A stretch of DNA of 64,000 nucleotides from a virus (lineage: Duplodnaviria; Caudoviricetes): IMG/VR virus record IMGVR_UViG_3300036833_000307, positions 38,564 through 102,563 of that record. One strand, given 5' to 3'. The notes beneath the pieces were generated by a model. The model did not search any database. It worked only from the letters and a program-made list of their open reading frames with translations, and had not been told where the DNA came from. Positions 24,966 through 36,100 of the stretch are shown here, piece after piece; the first letter of the stretch is position 1; the number at the start of each line of letters is the position of its first letter. The translations under genes and the position numbers were made by a program.

Positions 24966-26224
24966 CAGAAAACGCCTCCCATGAAAAAGATGTAGCGTTT
25001 AACGACGCCGCCGGCGATCGCAAACAGTATGCCTGGTACACCGGTGGCGTAGACATCGACCAGGAAGACGGCCGGGCCGGCATAGGCTTGTACCGCCTGT
25101 GCCATGCCGGTGGCAGCCACGCCGGCGAGCGGCACGATACGCGGAATGACGATCGCTAACGTACCGACAGCGCTGATGGCGGCGACACCGGCCAGGACCG
25201 GGGCGATCGGCGCGACGAGGGCCACGCTTATCGTGCCAGCTATACCGGTAGCGGCGACGCCGGTCAGGTTTCCGGCGATGCCGACTATCGTGATCGGAGC
25301 TTCGTTGAGAATGCTGGGCAGCGACGTGGCGTAACTGCGCGTCGTGGTGCGCATGCCGATCGCCGAGCCGAGGCCGGCTCGAGAGGCGGTCAGCGCGTAG
25401 GCTGGTCCGATGATCGATTGAATGGCGATCGTTGCCCATTGCTCGAGCGCTGTCTGTGTGGCCTGCAATTGCAGGCTGGCGGAACTCGCCCTCGCCCAGT
25501 GTTCGAGCGCCGTTTGAGTAGCTTGAAGCTGGGCGTTGGGTGCACCCCACTCCTCAACCCCGATCTGCGTGAGTTGCATTGAGGGCGTGCTAACGCCCCA
25601 CTCTTCAACGCCAATCTGCGTTAGCAACTCATTGGTCGGGATGACCGCGCCGGAGGTGAAGCCGGAGGTAAAGCCACTGGGCACCGCGCCGCTGAACGCG
25701 CTGTCGCCGAAGTTGGCGGTAACGACGCTGACGGAGGAACCGCACTCCTCGAACCCGTAAACCGGAATTATGCCAGCGGCGATTGACGCGATCGAGATGC
25801 CGCCTACGCCAGTCGCAGGGTTGTAGGTTGCATTGCCGTTCCAGTTGCCGGCTGCGCCGGAACGGAACCAGACCAGTTTATTGGTAAGGTCGAGTGCGAT
25901 GCAGATGACACCGCCGTTCGCAGTGGCGCCGATGTTCTGGCCGGTATTGGTGCCGTTGTAATTGACCTGACCAGTATTGAACGCACAGCAAGCGTTGATG
26001 GTCCCGGCTCCGAAGGGAGCGGTTCCTGTAGCGATGCCGACGCCGAGGGCCAGCACTGACCCCCATGTCGTCACCGTGTATTCAAAGTAATATTTCCCCG
26101 CGTTCTGCTTGTCGATGGTGCGAACGCCGGTCGCTGCTGCGGTCGATGTTGTCGCGGTGAGATTATTGGTCCCGCTGAGTGTAACGCCGGCTTGGTCAGT
26201 GGCGCTCCAGGTGGTGTTGGCCAC
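24965..26224 (-). CDS. tail-associated protein with N-terminal SPRY/ConA-like domain
   Basis: TLSG.NNLTAT...GKYYFEY...IALDL..KLVWFR...NFGDSAF; TQ.G.E.W repeats. Confidence 0.7.
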   Translation of the reverse strand: MANTTWSATDQAGVTLSGTNNLTATTSTAAATGVRTIDKQNAGKYYFEYTVTTWGSVLALGVGIATGTAPFGAGTINACCAFNTGQVNYNGTNTGQNIGATANGGVICIALDLTNKLVWFRSGAAGNWNGNATYNPATGVGGISIASIAAGIIPVYGFEECGSSVSVVTANFGDSAFSGAVPSGFTSGFTSGAVIPTNELLTQIGVEEWGVSTPSMQLTQIGVEEWGAPNAQLQATQTALEHWARASSASLQLQATQTALEQWATIAIQSIIGPAYALTASRAGLGSAIGMRTTTRSYATSLPSILNEAPITIVGIAGNLTGVAATGIAGTISVALVAPIAPVLAGVAAISAVGTLAIVIPRIVPLAGVAATGMAQAVQAYAGPAVFLVDVYATGVPGILFAIAGGVVKRYIFFMGGVF

Positions 26225-26227
26225 GAT

Positions 26228-28291
26228 CTAGCTCACCATCACTGGCCCGATCAGCGCGGCATTCACCGCCGCTGACGTCCACGTCGCACTGGTCGCCGGG
26301 TCCGTCTGATCAGTACGCCACAGCCAACTCCAGGACGTGGAGAGGGGAGTGGTCGGTGAGGCGACAGTCGTCCCGAGAATCCCGAAGCCAGCGTTAAACC
26401 CGCCCGGCACCGAGAAGGCGAAAGCGGTGGCCCCGAAGTTGGCGGTGACCCCTGCGTTCTGCTGTCCACCGCATGTGGCGTAGAGCGCCGCCGTGGCGAC
26501 GCCGGAGATGTCAAAACCGCCGGTGCCGGTCGCCGGGTTGGCGGTGCCGGAGTTGTTCCAGTTGCCCGCGTTCAGCCGGAACCAGATGAGCTTGGCGCTT
26601 AGATCAACTGCGATCTGTATGATGTCCCCGTTGACTGGGCTTACCCCAAAATTAGCGGTGAGGCTGGTCCCGACGTACACGAACCCGGACCCCAGGAACA
26701 TAACTGTCCCGGCGACGGGGGAGCCTGTCCCGATAGTCGCGATGGATGCGAGACTTACACTCGCCAGAGCGAGCCCGAGTGATGAGTTGGACGGGCTGTT
26801 TACCCGCATTTCCAGATAGTATTTGCCGCTGCTTGCGCCGAAGATCGAGCGTACGGCCGAGTTTGTCGTTGTCCCCGCGAAGGTCGCCGTGAGGTTGCCG
26901 CCGGACAGCGTGGTGTTCAGCTGGTCCGATGGGTTCCATGTCGTCGTCGTGGCGCCGGATTTGAGCTGCACCGCTCCGCTGCGCGTGCCCGCGTCGGATT
27001 TCTCCGCGAACCCGCGTGTGGTCACGGCGACCACGCTGGCTAGCGTCGCGCCTGCGGCGGCGATGGTGTAGAAGTCGGCGTCGCCGGGGTTGGCGTCGTA
27101 GATGTAGCTCGTGACGCCGTCCTGCTGCGGCTCGCTGACCAAGGTAGCGTTGCTGGCAACCGTCAGCGTCCATGAGCAATTTGGCCCACTGTTATTGCCA
27201 CTGGTCGCCGGGAACGCGGTGGGAAACGTCGCGTAGGATGCGCCGCCCTGTAACACGCCGGTGGCCAGGGGTGAGATGTTCCAGGATCCTGATAACGTGT
27301 CTGACATGAAACCAATCCAATATTGCGTGCCTCTGCTGACAGTGACCGGAGTGGAAAACGTGAAGGTATTGTTCCCGGTTGCGGGGTTGACGATTGGTGT
27401 GGCGCTCCCGAGGATCGTTGTCGGCGCTGTAGCGGGTCCGGCAAAGATCGTGCATTTCATGTTGCCGGTGTAACCCGTTGCCATCGACAGGATGACGGAA
27501 GCGACGGTGCCGTCGTAAGCTGCCGTCAGTGGAATGTAACGCGCTATCGTATTGCTGACGGGTGATGAGCTACTTTGACCGGTTGATTGCACGACAGAAG
27601 ACAGGCTGCGCGTGAACAGCGTGCTCACGTCGCTCGCCGGCATCCGCGTGTAGCACCTGATGTCGCCGACCCACGGCACGTTGGCGCTGTCGCTGCGCCA
27701 GAGCAGGTCGTCGAGCAGTTGGTTTGCGGGGGTGATATTTGCCCCCACGCTAAGACGGTTGGCGTAGTTGTTCGCCGTACCGCCGCGTGTGTTGAGCGAC
27801 CCGAGCACGTGGTCGTTGCTGGTGTTGCCGTTTTTGCGCGCTGCCCAGGCACCGGTAGTGTTGTTGATGACTATCTCAAACTCGAACGCAGTCCAGACAT
27901 TCTGCGAAAAGGCCCCTGTCCATGTGTCGAGCGTCGTGCCGGTCGGACCTCCGGAAGTCAGCAGGATAGCGCCGTCTTGACGGAAAACTATGCTGCACTG
28001 AGCCGTTGCGCCATCACCAAGCGAGAAATACATACAGGCATTGGTTCCACTCAGTGCGGCCGTATCTTGGAATGCACAGACGATGTGGTGAATGGCATCG
28101 TTGGAACCGGATGACTTAATCAGGTAGATTACGGTGGAATTTGGATTATTCTGGAGTGCCCGGCTACCAGCGAAGCGTCCCGGCTGTAATGACCAGTTGA
28201 CTGCGCCAGAACCACCGTCCCAGTAGCCTGCCAGTGCGTCATTTGGCGAGGCGTAGAGATCGAAACCGTCGCCGAAGCACCAGTTCACCAT
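26228..28291 (-). CDS. tail-associated lectin-like protein (SPRY-like domain inserted near the C-terminus)
   Basis: paralog of 28293-30365. Confidence 0.7.
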   Translation of the reverse strand: MVNWCFGDGFDLYASPNDALAGYWDGGSGAVNWSLQPGRFAGSRALQNNPNSTVIYLIKSSGSNDAIHHIVCAFQDTAALSGTNACMYFSLGDGATAQCSIVFRQDGAILLTSGGPTGTTLDTWTGAFSQNVWTAFEFEIVINNTTGAWAARKNGNTSNDHVLGSLNTRGGTANNYANRLSVGANITPANQLLDDLLWRSDSANVPWVGDIRCYTRMPASDVSTLFTRSLSSVVQSTGQSSSSPVSNTIARYIPLTAAYDGTVASVILSMATGYTGNMKCTIFAGPATAPTTILGSATPIVNPATGNNTFTFSTPVTVSRGTQYWIGFMSDTLSGSWNISPLATGVLQGGASYATFPTAFPATSGNNSGPNCSWTLTVASNATLVSEPQQDGVTSYIYDANPGDADFYTIAAAGATLASVVAVTTRGFAEKSDAGTRSGAVQLKSGATTTTWNPSDQLNTTLSGGNLTATFAGTTTNSAVRSIFGASSGKYYLEMRVNSPSNSSLGLALASVSLASIATIGTGSPVAGTVMFLGSGFVYVGTSLTANFGVSPVNGDIIQIAVDLSAKLIWFRLNAGNWNNSGTANPATGTGGFDISGVATAALYATCGGQQNAGVTANFGATAFAFSVPGGFNAGFGILGTTVASPTTPLSTSWSWLWRTDQTDPATSATWTSAAVNAALIGPVMVS

Positions 28292-28292
28292 A

Positions 28293-30365
28293 TCACGTCA
28301 CCACCGTTTGGCCGATCTGCACGTTGTTCACCGCTGCTGCGGTCCAGGCCGCGCCGGTTGCCGGGTCCATCTGATCCGTGCGCCAGGCCCAGTTCCATCC
28401 AGTCGCGAGTGCTAGCGTGGGTGAAGCTACCTGGGTAGCGCCGCTTTTGAGCAGCGCGGCAGCCGAACGGCTTCCGGCATCACTCTTCTGCATGAAGCTG
28501 CGCACCGTCGTGGCGATGGTGCTGGCAGGCGTCGCGCTGAGCGGCGCAATGGTATAGAGGTCGGTATCGCCCTGGTTGACGTCGAACACGTAGCTCGTGG
28601 TGCCGTCCTCTTGCGATTCGTTGACCAAGGCGGAGTTGTTGCTGATTGCGATCGTCAATGAGCCTGCGATAGCTGAGACGCCGGACGTGACCGTTGGCGA
28701 TGCGATCGGAAACGCCGCGTATGTTGTGGCGTTCTGCGCGCCATTGACGCCGCTGCCGGTGTTGAATGTCCCCGACGATGTATCGGACATAAAGCCGATC
28801 CAGTACTGGATCCCTCTGCTAACCGTGACCGGGGTGGGAAATGTGAATGTGGAACTGCCGGTGGCCGGATTGTTGATCGGTGTGGCGCTGCCGAGGATTG
28901 CCCCAACGGTGGTGCTGGTTGGGGCGGCAAAGATCGAGCACTTCATGTTGCCGGTGTAGCCCGTCAGGAGTGAGACCGTGGCGGTGCCCACCGTGCCGTC
29001 GAATGGCGCGGTGATCAGCGAGTAACGAGCGGTTGTATTAAGGATAGTGGTGCTGCTGCTAATGGCGGTTATCTGCGTCGTCGTGCTGGCCGAGCTCTTG
29101 GTGAACTGCACGCTGGCATCGCTCGCCGGCATTCGCACGTAGCACCGGATGTCGCCGACCCATGGCACGCTGGTGGCATCGCTACGCCAAAGGAGGTCGT
29201 CAAATAGTTGGTTGATGACGATGCCAGTTCCCACCCCGAGTGAGAGCCGGCTGGCGTAGTTGTTCGTAGTACCACCGCGCGTGTTGAGCGAGCTCAGAAG
29301 GTGGTCGTTGCTGGTATTGCCATTCTTCCTTACCGTCCACGAGCCGGTGGTGTTGTGGATGACGACCTCGACCTCAAACGCGAACCATGTGCTCTGTGCG
29401 CTGACCGCGCCCGTGTAGGTGTCCAGCGCCGTGCCGGTCGGGCCGCCGGACGTCAGCACGATCGCGCCGTCTGAGCGGAACACGAGGGAGCATTGCGCGG
29501 TAGCGCCATCGCCGATGGTAAGGTACATCCCTACCGCAGTACCGCTCAGCGCTTGCGTCTGCTCGAAGGCGAAGACGATGTGATGGATCGCATCATTGGA
29601 ACCAGACGATTTTACCAAATAGACGGCGTTGCCGGCGTTTTCCTGTAGCGCTCGACTGCCGGCAAAGCGCCCGGGCACCAGGGTCCAGTTGGATCCGCCC
29701 AGACCGCTGTCCCAGTAGCCAGAGATCGCGTCGGTCGGCGTGGCGTATAGGTCGAAGCTGTCGCCGAAGCACCAGTTGACGCCGACCTTGATCGGATAGC
29801 CTGCGGTGAAACCGGCCGGTACTGTGCCGGTGAAGGCGGTATCGCCGAAATTCGCGGTGATGGTTGGTGTAGCGGCAGAGACGGTAGCGAACAGGCCAAA
29901 GATCGCCTGGGCAGCGGCAACCAGCGGAGCGATCGAGAAACCACCGGTATTGCTGGCTGGATTTGCTCCGCTGCTGCCGTTCCAATTTCCCGCTGCGCCT
30001 AAACGAAACCAGATCTGCTGGTTGATGAGGTCGAGGGCGATCCCCACGACGGTGCCGTTGCTGATCGTTCCCAGCGTCGCGAGCACGGTGGTGTTGTTGA
30101 TGGCGATTTGGCCACTAATGTTGATGACCGCGCCACCGACGCCGCTGCCGGCAACGGCGGTGAGAACAGCGCCGGCGTTGGCAACGCCAATGACATTGGC
30201 GCCGGTTATCGCGGTACAGGTGTATTCGAAGTAGAATTTCCCGGTCGTCCAGCCTTGGATCGTACGGACACCCCCGTTGGCGCTGGCAGCGCTGATGGTA
30301 AGGTTGTTCGTCCCGCTTAGCGTGACATTGGCTAGGTCGGATGGGTTCCATGTCGTGTTTGCCAT
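28293..30365 (-). CDS. tail-associated lectin-like protein (N-terminal SPRY-like domain)
   Basis: paralog of 26228-28291. Confidence 0.7.
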   Translation of the reverse strand: MANTTWNPSDLANVTLSGTNNLTISAASANGGVRTIQGWTTGKFYFEYTCTAITGANVIGVANAGAVLTAVAGSGVGGAVINISGQIAINNTTVLATLGTISNGTVVGIALDLINQQIWFRLGAAGNWNGSSGANPASNTGGFSIAPLVAAAQAIFGLFATVSAATPTITANFGDTAFTGTVPAGFTAGYPIKVGVNWCFGDSFDLYATPTDAISGYWDSGLGGSNWTLVPGRFAGSRALQENAGNAVYLVKSSGSNDAIHHIVFAFEQTQALSGTAVGMYLTIGDGATAQCSLVFRSDGAIVLTSGGPTGTALDTYTGAVSAQSTWFAFEVEVVIHNTTGSWTVRKNGNTSNDHLLSSLNTRGGTTNNYASRLSLGVGTGIVINQLFDDLLWRSDATSVPWVGDIRCYVRMPASDASVQFTKSSASTTTQITAISSSTTILNTTARYSLITAPFDGTVGTATVSLLTGYTGNMKCSIFAAPTSTTVGAILGSATPINNPATGSSTFTFPTPVTVSRGIQYWIGFMSDTSSGTFNTGSGVNGAQNATTYAAFPIASPTVTSGVSAIAGSLTIAISNNSALVNESQEDGTTSYVFDVNQGDTDLYTIAPLSATPASTIATTVRSFMQKSDAGSRSAAALLKSGATQVASPTLALATGWNWAWRTDQMDPATGAAWTAAAVNNVQIGQTVVT

Positions 30366-30380
30366 CGGATCAGGTTTCTC

Positions 30381-31529
30381 CTAGGCCACGTTCTGGATGC
30401 CAAACGTCACGTGCGTGGGACTGATCGCGTAATAGCTCACGATGTCATAGGCGTTCGGCGCCGTCGTCAGTGCGCCGGCCAGGCCGCCGAGCGGAAACCA
30501 GCTCGAGCCGAAGGTCAGCGTGCGGCTGCCGATGGCATCCTGACGCACTGCGATGTTACCATTGTCGCCGGCCATGCAATTCGCCGGATTGGCCATGGCG
30601 CGGTTGCCGCCGAGCGTCACGGTGAAATTGTTGCCGAGATTGAAGTCGATGAAGATCGAGGCGGCATCGGTCAGTGTTACCGGCGGCGTGTGCTGTCGTG
30701 CGGTCCAGGTGTTTACCGCCGATAAGACCGGCTGTCCGCCATCGCCGGTGCGGCTGAAGGAAAAGCCGAGCACCGCGCCGTTGCTGAACGGTGCGGTGGC
30801 CGAGGCGCCGATCGGAGTGACGGCGAATTCGCGATAGCCGGGCGGCGCAAACCGGTGGGTCAGGTTGAACAGTATCCACTGCGCCGTATTGATGGTGTTC
30901 CACAGCCTGATCTGGCCCATCACCGTGCTCGAGGACGCGTCCAGCGTGTCCAGCACCGAGGTCCAGTCGGTGCCGTTGTAATCCAGCAGGTCCATGTAAA
31001 TCGCGGTCGCGGCGTTTTGCGCGGTGACGTTGTTCAGCCGCAGCTTGCCATTGCCGGGATCGGCATTGGCGATCGAAGTGGCATCGAACGCGGTGAGAAT
31101 GGTGATGGCGCCGCCCGCAGCGCCGGCAGCGCCGGCAGCGTAGGCGGTGACGTTGCTGCCGTCCGATTGCAGCATTGCCGCCGAGGACGGCGGCAGCGTC
31201 GCCACCGCACCGGATGTTCCACCGACCAGCAGCGACCAGGCGGTCGACTGGTTCTGCACCATGAACACGCGATACGCCGGCAGGCCTCCGGTGGGCGTCA
31301 GCTGCGGAATGGTCAGCTTCTGCAGGTTGGCCGTCAGCCCGCTGCAGATGAATACCTGGAAGCGGCTGAACTGGGTGAAGCTCAGTGCCACCGGGCCGGA
31401 CGCGAAGCTGACCAGGAGCTGGGCGTTGAACGCCGCCTCGAGGGCGACGAAGTCGTCGTTGATCGCCGGCACCTTGTCGATCTGCGTCGGTGCGAGCTGC
31501 GGAATTTCGAGGATCGGGCTCACAGCCAT
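30381..31529 (-). CDS. putative tail fibre / receptor-binding protein
   Basis: ADPGNGKLRLNN; C-terminal TLGGNR...QDA.GSRTL.F module; located after the tail-tip genes. Confidence 0.65.
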   Translation of the reverse strand: MAVSPILEIPQLAPTQIDKVPAINDDFVALEAAFNAQLLVSFASGPVALSFTQFSRFQVFICSGLTANLQKLTIPQLTPTGGLPAYRVFMVQNQSTAWSLLVGGTSGAVATLPPSSAAMLQSDGSNVTAYAAGAAGAAGGAITILTAFDATSIANADPGNGKLRLNNVTAQNAATAIYMDLLDYNGTDWTSVLDTLDASSSTVMGQIRLWNTINTAQWILFNLTHRFAPPGYREFAVTPIGASATAPFSNGAVLGFSFSRTGDGGQPVLSAVNTWTARQHTPPVTLTDAASIFIDFNLGNNFTVTLGGNRAMANPANCMAGDNGNIAVRQDAIGSRTLTFGSSWFPLGGLAGALTTAPNAYDIVSYYAISPTHVTFGIQNVA

Positions 31530-31548
31530 GGCGCGGCCCCCGTAACGG

Positions 31549-31705
31549 AAAAGTCCCGGTCAAGCGCTCTGCCTGCCGGGACCCTTGCCGCGCCTGCCAC
31601 GTCGTGCCTCGTCTCGCCATGCCTTGGCGAGCGATGCCCCGCCCAGCCTGCCATGCCAGGTTTTATGCGGCCCATCATGCTATATCCTTTTATCGGCACC
31701 GTCGA
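31549..31705 (-). ncRNA. promoter-pentamer repeat-hairpin unit E5
   Basis: minus strand: TCGACG-N17-TAGCAT; pentamers about 31660-31584; hairpin 31582-31553; TTTT. Confidence 0.65.
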
Positions 31706-33162
31706 GCCATGATCTTGCCCCAGCCGCCAACCGTGCCGCCGCCGATGATGGGACTTCCCCCCAGCGCCACGGTGATCGTCGCCGCGGCGGTCGACACCCG
31801 CATCTGCGGTATCGGCAAGATCACCTGCGGTGTGTTGTTGGCGATCGGCATCATGAAGTTGCCGCCAAACTGGTCGATCGGCGGCTGCGTCACGCCGCCG
31901 GCATTGAGCCACGCCTTCAAGGTGACGTTGTTGTTGGAGGTCATGGTGAAGCCGACCGAGGCCCAGACATCCCAGTCACCGGCGGTGAGCGAGAGCGTCG
32001 CGATCACCGTATCGACGCTGCCGGGCAGGTTCACCGCACTGGTGCTGACCGTCTGCACGCTAAGGAATTCACCGACATCGCCGGCCGTGGCACTGGAGCC
32101 GTCGGTGACGCCTTTGACCTTGCTGACCAGGGGATTGGGATAGGTGCCCCCCAGATAGCCGCCAGCGGCCCCGGCAGGCGGCCCGGCGGGATGCACGTGG
32201 TCGGCCCGGGAATAGCGCTGCGAGGTTCCCGAAGCCCCGATGCCCTCGATGATCGGCATGCTATTGGCGGCCTGGCCGAGCACGAACTGGGTGCTGGCTA
32301 TGGCTGCCGTGTTGGTGTCCGGTGGCGTGAGCGGCACCAGCGGGGTGCCGGTGAACTGCGGTGAATTCAGCGGCGCGCGCGAGCTATCGGTCGGGTGCAC
32401 ATGATCGGCGCGGCTGTAGCGAAACGCTATCCCGGGTACCGCAGTGCCGTCGACCAGCGGCACGGCGGTTGCGGCTTGCGCCAGTACGAACTGGGTGCTG
32501 GCTATGGCTGCCGTGTTGGTGTCCGGCGGCATGGTTGGCGTGGTCGGGGTGCCGCTGAGCTGCGGGCTGTCGAGCGGCGCGAGCGAGCTGTCGGCCGGAT
32601 GCACATGATCGCCGCGGCTGAACCGCGTCGAGACCCCGGCGGTCGGCTGCGTGCTCGCCATCGTGGGCATTGCAGTCGAGGCCTGGCCGAGCACGAAGGC
32701 GCAGTTCGCCAGCTGGTCGGTGGCGTTGTCGATCGGCGCCTGCGGCGCGGTGGGTATCCCGGTCAGCTGCGGGCTATTGAGCGGCGCGTATGGCGGCTCC
32801 GCCGCCATGGTGTTCACCACCCACTGGGTGGTCGCGATCATGTCGGTGGCGTCGCCCGGCGGCGGGTTGACCGAACGCGGCAACCCCGTGAATAGCGGGC
32901 TGTCAAGCGGCGCGCGGGTAAGATCAGAGGGATGCTGATGGTCGGCTCGGGCATAATCCGTTGTGGTGCCGGGATGTCCGGGATCGGAGGATCCCGGAGG
33001 GACCTGATTACCGGCGAGCGAGGTGACGTAGGTCGCCACGTCCGACATCATCGCGTTGTACGGCACATCGGAGCCCTGCCGGGCGATCGGCACCTGGTCG
33101 TTGGCTACCAGCGGTGCCGCCGAGGCGGCGTCGGAGATCTTGACCCCTGTAGTGCCTGACAT
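31690..33162 (-). CDS. tail fibre protein with repeats
   Basis: four R(A/G)DHxHP repeats interleaved with APL(D/N)SP..TG.P and A(S/T)TQ(F/W)V repeats. Confidence 0.8.
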   Translation of the reverse strand: MSGTTGVKISDAASAAPLVANDQVPIARQGSDVPYNAMMSDVATYVTSLAGNQVPPGSSDPGHPGTTTDYARADHQHPSDLTRAPLDSPLFTGLPRSVNPPPGDATDMIATTQWVVNTMAAEPPYAPLNSPQLTGIPTAPQAPIDNATDQLANCAFVLGQASTAMPTMASTQPTAGVSTRFSRGDHVHPADSSLAPLDSPQLSGTPTTPTMPPDTNTAAIASTQFVLAQAATAVPLVDGTAVPGIAFRYSRADHVHPTDSSRAPLNSPQFTGTPLVPLTPPDTNTAAIASTQFVLGQAANSMPIIEGIGASGTSQRYSRADHVHPAGPPAGAAGGYLGGTYPNPLVSKVKGVTDGSSATAGDVGEFLSVQTVSTSAVNLPGSVDTVIATLSLTAGDWDVWASVGFTMTSNNNVTLKAWLNAGGVTQPPIDQFGGNFMMPIANNTPQVILPIPQMRVSTAAATITVALGGSPIIGGGTVGGWGKIMARRCR

Positions 33163-33168
33163 TGTTTG

Positions 33169-36100
33169 CTATCCCCAGAGCCAGGAGCCGCCGAGTGCCG
33201 ACCAGTCGCCACCGCCGCTTTCGAGGCCAACGGTGATCCCGACCAGTGCCGGCGGCAGTTCGTGGTAACCCGGGAAGCCCCGGCCGACCACGCCGGAGAG
33301 CTGATAGATCACTGCATGCAGCGTCTGTGACGGGTCCCAGGCGTCGGTCGCCATCATCGCCGCGGTGTAGAGCACTGAGGCGGTGGTCAGCCCGGTGAAG
33401 GCCCGCATATAGCTTGCCGGGTTGCCCGGATTGAAACCGGGCACGTCAGCTTTGCTGTGCAGCAAGTAGACCTCGTAGGCCTCGGTGGTCTCGTAAGTTG
33501 GTGCGGTATCGGAGCCGTCGACCAGAAGGCCACCCAGGCGGGTGCGCCGGGTCCACGAAAGCAGCAGGTTGGAGCCGCCGGAGAGCTGGCGTTTCGCGTT
33601 GACTGGCGCATACGGCATCAGATCGTAGCCGCGATAAGTGAAGGCGTCGGTCGGCGCCTGGTCGATGACCCGGCCCGAAGGTACCAGTTTCCAGAGTTCT
33701 TGGACGCCGATCTCCGGCAAGCTGAGCGTGTAGCCGCTGATATTGCCGAGTTCGAGCAGGATGAAGAGATCGCCCATGGTGTGTGTGGCGCAGGCCCATT
33801 CGGTGCCGCGCCGGCCGCGCAGGATGTTGGACAGCGTGAGCGAGCCGTCGGCGTTCAAGCTCACCGTCTGGTACTGGATCACCTCGCTGCCCAGCAGCGC
33901 GCCGTTGGCACCGGAGAGCATCTGGTCGTAGGTGCAGGAAAGTGGCGTCGAGCCGGTGAGTATCCGCACCGTCACGGTGTTGGCGATGTCGGTCGCGAAC
34001 TGCGATGGCGTGTCCTCAAGTTCGGTGAGTGCATAGCCCCAACTCGCCGCCCTCGGGAGGCCGACGAAATCCTGCCAGGTCGCCGAATTGTCGGTCGAGC
34101 GCCAGAGCTCGCCGGTGATCCAGCCGGCGCTGTAGGCGCCCACCGCATAATAGATCCGCGTCGAGATGCCGCCGGTGTCATCCTCGTCGCGCAACAGCGG
34201 CGTATTCCATTGCAGCAATTCGCCGAACGGCGCCTGCTGCACGGTCTGTGACTGGAACCCGGTAATGGCACCTTGCAGGTGCGGTGCCGGGATATAGACG
34301 CTGAGGTCCTCGAAAGCGGCGTTGACATGGATCGAGAAGTCGGCGCCGATGTTTTGTTCTTCGATGCGGATGACATTGATATCGCCGCTGTCGAGCAACA
34401 CGGTGATGTTGTCGGCGGGGTCGAGAAACAGATACTTCCAGGGCAGCACGGTCTCGACCGTGTCGCGTTCGGCCCACATCGTGTAGAGCCATTTCTCCGC
34501 GACCTGGCGCGCCTGAGTATTATTGAGGATCACCGGCAGATCGATGCTCATCCGTCGTTTCGACCAGGCGGTCGTGACCGGCAGCTCGATGCGCTTGGCG
34601 TAGGAGGCACCGGACTGGAAATCGAGGTCGGGATCCTGGAACCGTACCGTGATCTCGATCGGCAGTTCTTGCTGCTGGGCGCGCTTTACGCGCCAGAACT
34701 GGGATGGGTCCTTGTCGTCGACCGAAGCCAGGTCGCTTTGCGGAATGCTGACGACCGCGGCCTGCCCGCGCGGCACGAACTTCAGCTTAAAATCGCTCTC
34801 GACCATGTCGATCTGGTAGACGTGCAGTAGATCGGCGATGGCTGAGCCAGCCGACTTGCTCTCCTGCACGCAGTAGCCGGTCGTCGTGTAGCTATCGATC
34901 TGCGTTACATCGATCATGTCTGGAGTAACCGCAACGCGGCCGCAGATGTCGGTGATGATATCGCCGACCTTGATCAGCTTGTCGGTGTTGCGCAGCAGGT
35001 AGACGATGTAGATCGTCTGGGTTTCGAAGCCCTGATAGACGATATAGTCGCCGTAGCTCTGCGAGAATTCCATGCCGCCGAAGAACGGATAAGTCATGTT
35101 CGGCGGGGGTGAGGAATAGTTGACCGGGCTTCGGGTGACTTCGCCGTCAGCCAGATTGATGTTGAACCACTGGCTGGTGCCGTACCAGGCGGCCTGAAGG
35201 GGATAGAAGGTAGCGACCGGCAACACCCCCAGCGAGGTGTCGGCCTGCGGATTGTAATTGCCTACGCCCTGGCCGATCACCCATACGACACCAACGCCGG
35301 GGATGAATTTGATGGTTCTTTCCATCGCTTGAATGATCACACTGTCATCGGCGTCGTAATAGAACATATTGCCGAAGTTTGGTTCCCAGGCGACAGGTTG
35401 TGGATCGGTGATGCCGAAATCTGGCGGATGCAGGATGGCGAGTTCCGTCCACTCACCGATGTCGCCGAGCGGCGATATATCGGCACCGCGGATCGTGCCT
35501 TTCCAGATATGAATGGTGTGGTCCGGGTCGAACATTCGTCCGGTGACGTACCAGATATCGATGGAACCCGAGATCGTGTCCTGATGGCCGATGGTGAATT
35601 GGCTTTGCAGATAAATGCTGGCGGGATTGAAACTGCCAACCGGCAGCACCGCGCTCACCGAGCGGGAGCCTGGATTGATGATGCAAATGCCTGCGTAGAG
35701 TAGTTGACCGACCAGCATTTCGGTCTGACCAAGCGGCGTGACCATATCGAACCCGGTCAGTTCCGTGAGGATGTTGAACCCTCCGCCAGCGACGGCGACC
35801 TGGATAAAATGGCCGTCGAAGCTCAGGGTGTTGGGATCGATCCGCATGATATAGGAGGAGAAATCGGCATATAGCTCGGATCCCTCAGTAAAGACGTAAA
35901 GGCTGCCGCCCTGGACGCAGGTAAGGCCGTACGGTTTGGTGGGATAAATGCCCGGATGGCCACCCCAGATATGGTCACTGTCGGCGAACCGGATCTGGCC
36001 ACCCGAGGGAAGGCTATAAACGCCGATCCCCCAATTGTTCCATTCCAGTATGGTCGCCGTGTCGCTCACCATCAATACATAGAGCTGACCGCGTACCCAA

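Noticed and set aside
24965-30365. Diversity-generating retroelement acting on the lectin-like tail proteins
   Set aside because: No reverse transcriptase in the window, and the paralogs differ at all base types rather than only at adenines.
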